Below, in pieces: positions 1 through 12,000 of a stretch of 64,000 bases of DNA. The translations under genes and the position numbers were made by a program. The stretch lies in NCBI GenBank assembly GCA_030141605.1, contig JAQGDQ010000100.1, positions 186,001-250,000 of the forward strand. Reading direction: 5' to 3'. The notes under the pieces were generated by a model. It was not told the DNA's origin. It searched no databases and worked only from the letters and a program-made list of their open reading frames with translations. This DNA comes from Tubiluchus corallicola. Lineage: Eukaryota; Animalia; Priapulida. How positions within the stretch are numbered: position 1 is the first letter of the stretch; each line of letters starts with the position of its first letter.

Positions 1-3000
1 TCACAATTCGAAATTGCTAATGTTTTTAATTTCATCCATGGTGCTACAATGTGGTAATGATAATAATCTGTCACACTTGAAATAAATCTGTGACTGCAAC
101 TTTGCAAATTTTGTTCATTGTTGTCTCTAGCATAAAAAATGTTGATAGTCTTCATACATATTTGTATTTTGGCAGTTATCTACAAAACATTCAGTTATTC
201 AAGATCATGCTGTGCTTGCTTTTATAAAATAGATTGTTCATGGAGACATATCGAGCATCTATTGATATGTAACAGTGGTTTTGATCATCTTATACAGAAA
301 TTCCATGTCTTTATTAAGGGTGGGTGAATAACCAAGTAATTATGATGTGCTCAAAGTTAATCAACACTTAGTTGGTCAATAAATGGATGGGTGGACATAA
401 GAAAAAGTGCTTTTGAACATTTGCTTTTATCTGCTACACTCATTACTGTCGCCCTCCAATTGTTTACCTTGTGGGAGTTTACCTTGTCCTGTGTGAACGC
501 AGCATCCAGACATGGCTGTGATACACTTGCCAGTTCAGTATCACATCTTAGAGAGTTATCTTTCACAACCTGAGAGATTCTAGCCCTGCCACGAGAAGTT
601 CTGGCACTGCTATATCTATCTGCCTTAAGTAAATCTTGCTCTTGAGTGCTATACAAGCTTGCAGACTGCCATACTGTATAAAAAAGAAAGCAATAATTTT
701 GACCATCTTCCATTTTGTTTTTATAGCACAGTAAAGACGTCAATTTAGTTTGTCAATATTTCTTCCACCATGGTGTGTTGCCACTTCTTCATTAGATTTA
801 TAGTTCTTTCAGCCATTTGTACTAATCCTGAATTTTTTTCTAAAAGTAGAAAGCTTTGACTCCAGGCAGTGCTTACTACTTATTGTAGTGAAAATCGATC
901 ATGCTCATACATATATTTGAACAGACATATGATTATATTACATTGTCATAAATACCGCAACACAAAACTAAAAAACCAATAGTCATAATAATTAGTATTA
1001 TTGGTATTATAGTGAGTAGTTTGATTGTACGCAACTGCTTACAAATGCAGATTAATTTGCAGCAACTGAAAAACTTCCCTGTCAAGTTGGCAACAGATGG
1101 TGTGGTAATGCTATGATGATTCTATAATAATGCAAGATATTGTATGCAGGTGAACCGTGGAGTAAACAAGTGCAGAATTTTTGACTGAAACAGTTGAATA
1201 GAGTGAAAACGCTATTCCAAGTGGAAGCTAGTCATTGCAAGAGACTAATAGAAAGGTAGGCGTACTTTTTATTTTTGCTATGTAGGAGTACCAACTAAAT
1301 AATTACTTACAGTCAGGCAACTTTGAAATAACAAATATCTAAGCGAAATACTATGTAATTCATCGGATTATCATGTTCTTTTTCATAGAACTTATTTTTC
1401 AGCTACAAATCATGTCCCGTGATTACACTTTTAGTCCCACAACAAATGAAGGTCTTTTAAAGCATTCTGAACTACCCAGAAAACAGGTTTGATCCACAAG
1501 CATCTTGGGGTGTTGCTAATCAAATTTGGTATTAAATTACAGATGGTACTGCCATCTTGGTGACTGTATTGGAAATTCTGGCTAGTACATATAACTTATA
1601 TTATACTAACATTTATATTATGTAAGTCCAGAAATTTTGTAATCAGGAAGAATGGATCCGAGTGGTTATTAACGATCATTTACATGTTTCTAAAATGTGT
1701 AATTACAGTAAGTACTCTCTTAACAACTTCTCTTTAGAGATGACTAGTTTTTGACAATGACAAGCCACTGCTACCATTTTCAGTGGCACTTAGCCGCAAA
1801 TATTTCATTTTCTTGATGATTTTTTGTTCAATTTTCACAGAAATTTCTTTATGTTGGCACTTCAAAAAACTTTGCTAATTGTTACTAGGCTGCTGACACC
1901 ACAGTATAGCATGATTTGTTCCTGGCATTTACCTGCCCAGTACATTTCCCACGCACCTACTGTGCATGCTCATATGTAGGGTTAGTAACTGCGTTCATTA
2001 GCCACTATATCTCTCTGGGCACACTAAGGGACAAAACAGAATGAAAATTCATTGGGAATTCAGGCAGATTTTATGCCAAAGACAAACAATCTTGTGATTG
2101 TTTGAAATCACGAAAATGCAATAATGAAGGCTCCAATTATAATTCAAACTAAGAAAATGCCTAAAATTTAAGATTTGCTAAAATAGCTAGGTCTACAAAA
2201 TCACCCATTCTGTTATTTCTTGCCAACTGTGTAACTATTGCAGTAACCTTACAATAACTTTTTTATCTTTTTTTATAAAATCAGTAGAATTGATGCATAA
2301 ATGTAGGTAAAATTTTGGTGAAAAGTCTGCTTTGTATGAACAACACATGATTGGTTATTTCCCCTAGGGCGTATCCTAGACATTTACTTTATTTCTTATT
2401 TCACGCATAGTTTTGTTTAATGAACTTTCTATTAACTCCATGTTTTGCTGGAACATAAGCCCCTGTTAAGAGATTACTTACTGTATCTAATATTACCAGG
2501 TGTCAGTGATTTCAGTGACATTTATTTTCGACTTGGAACTGAATTTCCATGCAACTAATACTTGATGCCTGCTAATACTACTGCTAACACTTTATTTGTC
2601 GGCATGTTGAAGGGAGGGTGATGTTAATGTTGAGTTTTTTGTAACAGCAGTTACTTTCAAGAAATGTTCTTTATGTGTGAGCTATTACTTATGCCTACAT
2701 AATAAATTTATTTATTTATTTCATGATGAATTCATTTATTTCATGATGAATAGTTTTTAGAATCGATAAGTGTGACCGTCTGTGTTCTTCCTAAGTCCTA
2801 ATTCTAATCAGTTGTATTGTTAAGTACATTTTTCAAGTATTGTTAGGTTTCTATTCAAATTATTTTTATTATATCTCATTTGTGCACTGCTTGTTACCTT
2901 CTGTTCTATTTATTAATTTGAGTTGTTTATTTTGTGTATGTAATTGTTGAGTGATTATGTTTATTCTTTGTAAGACAATCTTGTCTTCTCAGACAATTTC

Positions 3001-3029
3001 AATGACTGAAAATTTTTCAGCTTTGGACC

Positions 3030-6000
3030 ATGACTGATAAACCCATTGTGGTCGGCACTAGAGTGGAGGTGATTGGTAAAGACATTTTTGGAACTGTCGC
3101 ATTCGTTGGTGCTACGACTTTTTCCTCTGGAAAGTGGATCGGCGTTATTCTAGATGAGCCAAAAGGCAAGAACAATGGTACTGTACAAGGGAAATCATAC
3201 TTTAAGTGCGAGGACAATTATGGAATATTTGTTCGGCAGTCTCAAGTAAGATTTCTGAAGCACGTTCACTTGAACATGGCACGCAAATATTTTTTTGTTT
3301 TTTTTATGGCGGGTACCTGATAATATTGCACTTTCTCATGTTGTGACAAATTTTTGGTTTTAAGAAATACCCAGCTTAATTATTATGCCAAATTGCCAAT
3401 CATATAAACATCTCTTAATACCAAGAATCATTTATTTTAACTGGTCCATGCCTGTTCACCTAATCTTTAAATTAATTAATATCTCATTTTATAATGTTTT
3501 CAGTTGAACATCTTTGACGACAATGGTGGTCCTGCTGAGAAGACGCCGTCGCGTACATCTTCTCAAGAGAGCCTGAAGAGATTGGCAACATCTGGAATTC
3601 CTGGGCGTACCCCTTCACAAGAGAGTCTAAAGAGGGAGAGCAAAATTCCAGGAAGCAAAAGTAAATTACCAGCAAGCACTCCAGCTAAATCTTCTTCTCA
3701 AGAAAATTTAAAGAAACAGGGTAAAACACCTGCATCACGCAAAGTCCAGGAAAGCAAGATTCCTGCTTCTGCTGCATCAGGCAGTAAAGGTAATAGTACA
3801 ATAAGTAATGCCTTTTGTAAAACTCATCTGCTGTTTATAGTTGCTACATACCAGTGATACTAGATGGTTTCATGTTTCACGAGTGTTAGACGAATACAAA
3901 AAATTAAAATATCTTTTTGCTGTTGCAAATCCTCATAAACTTTGTACATTATGTCAGCTCATATTTGCTGGTTACAGATGTATAATCCTTTTCTTTTTAT
4001 GTGTGGCAATAAAATATGAAGCACTATCAAAGAGCTTGTAAGTTTATAAACCTTGATTTGCTGTTACCTAAGTTTTGATTTGTGTTTTATAATTTCAGAA
4101 AGTTCTCCAAGTGAAAGAAGTTCGCCAGAATCGGATACAGCTAAAGTCTCAAAGCTTCCTACTCCTAGTAGAGGTATATTACTTAATTTGCTTACCTGAT
4201 ATATTGAGTTCTTGACTAACTTGCTTGCAAATATCAATCAGTAGATTGATTTACTTAAGCTTCCTGCAACATCTACAATCAAGCATTAATGAAACATGAG
4301 AAAATTTGCTTATAAACTAATTAGTAGTTTTTTTATCAAAATACACATTACTAAACTAGTTCATATACTTTTTTGTTGCAGCACTAATTAAGCTTAAAGT
4401 CTGGTAAGCACAATATAATAGTTTAATCATAATGTATGTCAAGAAACAAGAGCATGATCCTTGTCTTACTACAACAATTTTCTACTGTATCATTTTTCAT
4501 AAAAGGTTTTTGATGGTTGCTTCATTCACAACATTTCAGAAACACCTCCAAAAACAACTTTAACTGAGCCTGCAAGATCAAAAGAGCCAAGTCCTGCTTC
4601 AAAGGAACCTTCTCCTGCCAAAGACCCAACAAAAATGCCAGTCAGTCAGGTATAATCACCATTTTTTTATTCATTTGCTCACCTTATAGAACAGAATTTG
4701 TATTTGTTGACACTCTTTAAAAATATGATTTTTATTGTTTTGATACTGTAACATTATTTTAGCACAATAAACTATGTTTTTTCTTACACTGCTTGATTTT
4801 ATTTTCATCATGTGTTAGAATGCTTTAGAAGTACATTGCCTGAACCGAGGCTTACTCGCTAGCAATTTGCTTAACAGTATCTGTAAAAACAAATTTATAT
4901 TTGTGTCATTAATCTAGCTTGCTGTGGTTATGTTATACTTGAATATCTTATTTTGCATACACCTTGTGAACCTTATTGTGAGAGTTTAAGAAAAACATTT
5001 AAGATGTAATAGTGTTTTGGAATGTTAGACACTGATGTAATTTTAGCACTATGTTTTGTTAAAAGCATATTTTTGGAAGAGGACTGAGCTTTTAACAATG
5101 TTGAATTGTATTCATATATACACACAAACATTAAATTAATTAATTGCAGGAGATGCTGGATTCGTTAGCATCAAGTGTAACGTCAATTAATGATAACCTC
5201 TCTACCCTTCAACAACAACAAGAGATTGACGGCTGCAAGCTAGAAATAAAAGATCTGAATGAAAAGCTAGAAACTCTGAAAGTTAAACGAGCAGAAGATA
5301 AAAACAAACTGAAGGAATTTGAGAAGGTTAAAATTCAATTACAGCAAGTAAGTTTGATTGAATTGTAACAGACAATTATGGCATTTACTGAGAAGTTTTG
5401 AGAGACAGTCACACCCATATCAACACGAAAAAACTGTTAACGAAAAAGAAAGAAACTGGTTCAAAAAAGTACTTGCTTAATCATAGTACAAGCTTATTGA
5501 CCCTGACAAATATCAGATTGTCCATTTAGCTATTTCTGTCGCATATCATTGTCCAAAATATTGGAGCAATACAAATGAAACTTTCAATAACATTTGATTT
5601 TTTTCTGAAATCACATTTCCTAAACAGTTTGGGAGATGTACTTTTTATTTTGAATGCAACTTCAACACCCTTAAAGTTCGGAAAAGTTCATAGTATGCTA
5701 ATATTGCTATTTTATTGCGGAAAATTCCAATTGGTTGCAGACAAGTCTTTGTGAGTTTGCAAATAGTCAAACACATCTGCAGAGTGATTAGCCTGAAATT
5801 GCTTAAGTGTTCTAAATTAACTTTACAACAAACAACTTTTTATACAAATGCAGGTAAGGATACAGTTTTTAGCAAACAAAAGCTACATGTTGTTTCTTTA
5901 GCACCCTGTGCAAATGAACTGCATAAATCAAGCTTTGTTACTTGCGCAGAATAAACAATTAACATGTGTAAGTAAATCGTTAAACTGCTTGCAGCCATGA

Positions 6001-9000
6001 TGTAAGTTTCATGTTCTGTAAGTCACTCAGTAATGTAAAAATTCGTCACATGTTTGAATTGGCTTGCGCAACAATTGCTTCTGGTTGTTTAACTTGCCAT
6101 GCATTTTCATTTTTATGTTCCAGCTTCTCGAATATAAAGCAAAAATGCAGGAGGCTCATGCCGACCTCAACAAACAGTTACAGCAAGCCAAGAAAGAAGC
6201 AAAAGATGCTGTAGAAGATAAAGAAAGGCATGCTGAGGAGATGGCTGACCTAGCTGAAGCTATGGAAATCGGTACACTCGACAAAGAGATGGCAGAAGAA
6301 AAGGCACGCATTTTTTGTGTTATTTAGCTTCCCCTTAGTATCTCTGTATAAATCTGAGTTTGTTAAGCAAAATGATATGTTAATAAATATGGTCCTATTT
6401 TTGGAGTGATCATTTTTTAACTACTTGTTTTAAATGATTTCTAAAATTAATTAAAGTCTTTCATTATTTATTATACCCAGCTGACGAGTCCTCACCCTCT
6501 GGGGATGGCTCGTGTCTACAGAGGTTATGGAAGCTAAAAGCCCAAGGAATATAAGTGCAGTAGCACTATATTAGATACGACCACTTGAAGTCACAGTTAA
6601 ATAAGTTTTTATAGATTTGTGGAACAAGGCCATTGTTACAGAGCCTTCCTCCTACCTAGCTACCACCAAGACTAAATGTACAGCAAGCCACATATAGTTC
6701 AGTTAAGTTCAGCCAAGTGTCCAGGTCACAAAAAATCACTAAAATGGGACAGGATTGACCTTAACCAATCAGAAATGATGCTCAAATGAGTTTATCAATG
6801 AGAAAATGGGATTTTCCTAAATGAATTAACGAATGAAAGATTAGTTTTTGGTATTCAAATTTAAAAGGTGGTTTGATCTGAAATGCTTGGTTACACTTGA
6901 CTGAGTTTGCTTGCTATACATTGTAGGCATGTCGAGGTTACGCAATGGTCATGAAGCAGTATCCACAGTGCAATATTGTACATAAAATATATTTTTTGTA
7001 TTAGCTAGGGCAAGAAAAAGTTTGTTTGTTTTGTGTAATTGTGCCATTTTCGGTTTACATTTGTTTCTGTCAAATTTTCAGGCAGAGCAATTGCAGGCAG
7101 AGATTACACAGCTCAAGGAAAAACTGGAAGAAGTTACATTAGATTATGAAATTTTAAAGCAGGAAATAAGTGAAGAAGGTATGTAACATAAATTTGTTTT
7201 TGTTAACAGGTTGTAGACAGGATTTACTAAGGTCAAGAGATGTTCCTATAAACAATTTGAGCGTAGGCAATATTCTGCCATGTCTGCCTATAATTTTCCC
7301 TGACCTAGCCCAATCTGCACAGTCTTTTCTGAATGTCGTCTTTCTGCAAAACCTGGAAAAATCTTTAATACTTGTCATTTTGAATGCTTTCTATTTTCTA
7401 TATTGTCTATTACATTGGCTAAGTTGGTTAGTCTGTAAATGTGTGTTGATTTTTGTACATGCTGAGTGCTTAATAAAATTTTACATTTTTATAAACCATA
7501 CATTTTGTAGGCGCTGAGGGCGTTGCTACAACGTATCACATGAAACAACTGGAGCAGCAGTGTGAACGTCTTAAAGAGGCTCTTGTTAAGTACGTGTTAT
7601 ACTTATTACTGACTCTTGTACATATTGTAACATTATGACAAAGTTCCTAAAACATATAGTTTGATTAATTTAGACAAAATAAATGAGAGGTCTGCAATAG
7701 TTTCTACTGTTACATTTTTGTTACTACAGGATTACCTAATATATGAAGAGTAAAATGTGTAGATACAAATGCTATACATTGAAATTTGCCAATTTTTGTT
7801 TACAATGGGTAAAAAAATTTTAGTTACTGCATAGATTTAGAAAATTAGGACTGTCTGCTTCTAGTGATTTGAGTATTTATTTTCCAAAAAAGACATTGAG
7901 AGAAGTCTGATAACATGCAATCTTTATATCCACTGTGGTGATTTCATTGGAATGCATTTGTAAAAAATAAGGTATTTATGTACACCTTTCAAAAATGCAA
8001 GCAAGGAAGAATTGTTTTTAGAATTTAATTTGTAAATTTTTTTTATTTGTCACTATAGTGCAACTCGAATTGAACACAATGCAAGTTTATTTAATGCTGT
8101 AATTTTAATGTTCCTGGATGCGAGTTTCCGTATTATTCAAGAAACACTGTATTTAAATTATAGAATGAGAGATCTGTCAGCATTAGATAAGCAAGAAAGT
8201 CAGTCCTTGTCTAAGGAAAATGAAAAACTAAAGCAACAGATAGCTGGTTTAACCAAGGACAAGGAAAAGCTGGCCAAAGATATAACTGAAGCAGAAGACC
8301 AGCTAAATGAACTGAAAGAGCAAGTATGTGACTATTTAAACAAATTACCGAGAACTAAATAACCCAAGTTCACATTTAATACAATAAGAACGTTATTTGA
8401 AAGTATTACTTACATCTTATGGACTTTGGCTTTCTAAATTAGATTTCTTCGTGTGTGAATTCCAGTAAGACTTCTAGAAATATTTTTAGAATCTTTGTTT
8501 GGTAAAAATGTAGTATTTAAACAGCTAATAAATGTTTGTGTGTTTGCCAAACTTGAGCAAAGGTAAAACAAATCATTCAAGATTTTAAAACTTCTACTAA
8601 CAATTGCTAACTAAACTGCAGAAGTGCATAGAAAATGGTAGTTTTATTGCATATAATAGAATCAACAATTGCGTCCTAAGGACAGGTGTGTGGCAAAATC
8701 TGTAAAGTCTGACTTTAAAATAGAGTAAGTATAATGATCTTGTGATTTCTTTACAGGTTGATGCTGCACTTGGGGCTGAAGAAATGGTTGAAAATCTGAC
8801 TGAAAGAAACTTGACTTTGGAAGAGAGAATCACGGAACTTGAAGAAAATGTTGCTGATCTGGTATAGTGCTTTCAAATATCAGTGTCAAAATATTAATTT
8901 AAACTTGCTAAGGTTATAATTTTGGCCAGTTATTCCTTCCTATTTTATGACATAAAACTTGGGCTCGAATTCTATGGTTTATTAATATCTAGACAAACAA

Positions 9001-12000
9001 AACAGTTCATTTTGTGCTCAACCCATGTCCACAAAAACAAAAAACACATAGGACCAATATTCTATTGAGATAGTCTGCTCTATGTAAATACATTACTCCC
9101 CAAGTAGTTGCACGGGAATGTCAAACCTTCTAATTATTTTTTATAAGATTGTTTTAACATCATCAAAAGTTTCTGTGGGAAACGTTGCTATTGTGCTCAT
9201 ACTACTTATTTATGTATGAGATAAAAGGGTTTAACATTTACTGCAGCAGATAACAGTAATTGTTTTAGATCTCCATGCACACGATACATCTTTTTAACAC
9301 GTGTTACCTGTGAGGCTGATGACATTGTTTTAACTGTGAACAGCAAGTGAGTTTTTTGCTGATTTTGCCTATTTTATTTATCAGCTTAAAAATTCTCTGA
9401 AAAGGTTTATTATTTTACATTTTAGGAAAGCCTACATGAGATGAATGAGGAGCTACAAGAGAACTTTCGGGAAAACGAACTGGAACTGCGAGAACAACTT
9501 GATTTAGCACAAGCCAAAGTGCGAGAGGTGGGCTTAGTCAACAAAAGTCAATGCTTAATCTGAATATTATTTTGAATCAACTGTTTGGTTTCTTTTTGAC
9601 TAAATTGAGCTTTTTTAGGCTGAGAGGAAAACTGATGCAGCTCAAGAGACGGTTGCAGACTATGAACAAACAATAGTCAAATTCAGGAACTTGGTCACTC
9701 AGCTGCAAGAACGCATTGAAGAAATGTCAAATCAGCAGCTGGAGAACAAACCTGATGCTGGCACAGCACCCCCAGTGGAAAAATTTGACATTAAAGTGAA
9801 GATTGCTGAAACGAAAGCTCATGCCAAGGTTAGAGTTAAATGAATCTTATAGCGTTTTTCTTTAATTATTTAGTAAATGGTTATTACATTTTATGATGAG
9901 ATTTACATTCAACTTTACTTCAAAGATTAATTATTCACAGCATAAAAGCAGAACATTTCTATTATTAAATACAGTGATACACCCATGTATAATGTATTTT
10001 GTAATAGTGTTTAGGGTGTTAGTTTTTCGATAATTATATATTGTTATACATTAAAAAGCTTTCTGTATTTTATAGGCTATTGATATGGAACTTCGTAAAC
10101 TGGAAGTCAAGCAAGCAAACGAGCACATTCAGCTGCTCTGTGCATTTATGCCAGATGCATTCATGGCACGAGGAAGTAAGACTAACACTATTATTAGATG
10201 TAACTTTCATAATTGTTGCCCACCACTAGCTATTTTTTACACATATCATTGTTTACTTTTTTGTCACAGATAAAGACAAAAAATAAAATTACCTTTTATC
10301 TTTTCTATCAATATTTTCAGCATCTTTTTAAAGTATTTTCATGTTAAAGTTATAAACACTGGAAAATGTCATTGTACACGAATAGCTGTGCATATAAATA
10401 GTGCTTAAAGTGTGCCTGGTCTATTAGGGCCTAAAATTAAAGACCCCACACCTAAAGAAAAAACAATGTCTCGCCTGCACACACATTTAGTTTTCTTACT
10501 TTTAATTAGTTATAAGCTTATTTAGTTATAATTAGTTATCTTCCCTCACTAATTGATAACTTTGAAATTAATTAAATTGAGGTATATGTTTGTTTACTTG
10601 CAGATGACCACGATGCTGTCCTTGTATTACTACTCATTTCTCGCATACACCATAAGGCAGAATTATTGGCTGAACAGATAAAAGAAAAGGTGAGTTGTTA
10701 TTCTTACCTTCTGCTTAGTTGTTAGTTCTTCATCAACTTGTTTTTCTGTTTGTATGAATTGCAAAAATTTGTTTTGAAAAGAAGCTACAATTTACAAACT
10801 TGTAGGCTCGAGGGCATATCAAGCTTTAATTTGCCTTTTAAAAGCCTTGCAAAGTTTCAATATATGTATTGTTCAAGGACTACTATACAACAGGCTAGCG
10901 GAGGCGATCTATTTTTAACATTTAGTGCTAATAATTTGGACATATTTATCCCCCATGGTGACCTATAGCATGCCACAATACACATAGATTCATCTAGTAA
11001 TTTAAAAACAGTGGTACCTATGATATCCCCCTCCCCCCCCCCCCAAAAAAACACCATATCTGCAACTCATTGTGTCCCGAAGATTACCTGTCACTTTCTA
11101 TAGAGAATAAACAGACTGCACCATTTTGTCAGGACTATATAAACTCATTCATAGGTTCCTCTGTGTAAATTAGAATACATGAAATTACTGCACTCACCAT
11201 TTTGCAGAGATGTTTGCCACAATTAGTCGGCTAGTCAGGATGTTCATGAGCTTGTTGCGGCAGCAGACTGTGTGAGTTGACTTCTTCACAAAACACAAGC
11301 CAGTTGTTACGAATTCGAACGTGAATGTGTGGGGCACTGTAAGACCTCCCCTAGACACTTCTTCAATGAACATTTTCATTTCCTCAGAAAGGAGAGGCTC
11401 ATCCTCTGGAAAAGAAATGTCATTTTGGCACTTACTCGCCAACCAACCTGCGACATATGCACACGCGTTCAGTTCAGTTTTGGAAAGAGTCTCGTCCACA
11501 CAAATCTCCATAATTTTGGCATCGTCGAAATCAATTCCATTGCATGTGTGCAACTGGATTTCGGATGATGTGTCGGTGTCCACAAACTCCAGGAATGATG
11601 CAGAGAAACACGCCAGTCTCCGCTTGAATGCTGAACAGACATCTCCAGCTTGCATGAATGCATTGCCCCCCCTTGACTGCCTGTAAACTGAGAACTCACC
11701 CTCTATTCTGTCACTCTGAAGTTCACGCAATAATACGTAGTGAAATCCAACAGAAAACAAGTGCCTACAGATAGCGAGGAGTCCCTCCGTGGTCTGAATC
11801 AAAGCTTTTCGCGTATCATGTGTCAGGCATTCAATTCTATTTGGTCCGTGTCCTGATTCGGTTTGCTTAAACAGAGTCAACAACGATTGAAGAGTATTAG
11901 ATGTATCTTGTTGAACAGATCGATCAGGGTCTCTCATCCTCGTGTCTTGACCTCTGGCAGAAACATTTACCACATTCCACCAGCGTAGCACTTGCTGAAT

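Noticed and set aside
357-743. 128-aa minus-strand ORF
   Set aside because: No recognisable domain or convincing splice partners; cannot be supported as a gene.
2690-2752. Short direct repeat ATTTATTTCATGATGAAT, two copies
   Set aside because: Simple local slippage duplication; not a CRISPR-like or spacer-containing array.
6476-6520. CTGACGA hammerhead-like core followed by a hairpin
   Set aside because: No GAAA after stem II and no stem III or cleavage site; more likely part of a decayed RTE-related repeat.
11321-11699. Overlapping ORFs within the transposase region
   Set aside because: Antisense or alternative-frame shadows of the transposase coding sequence.
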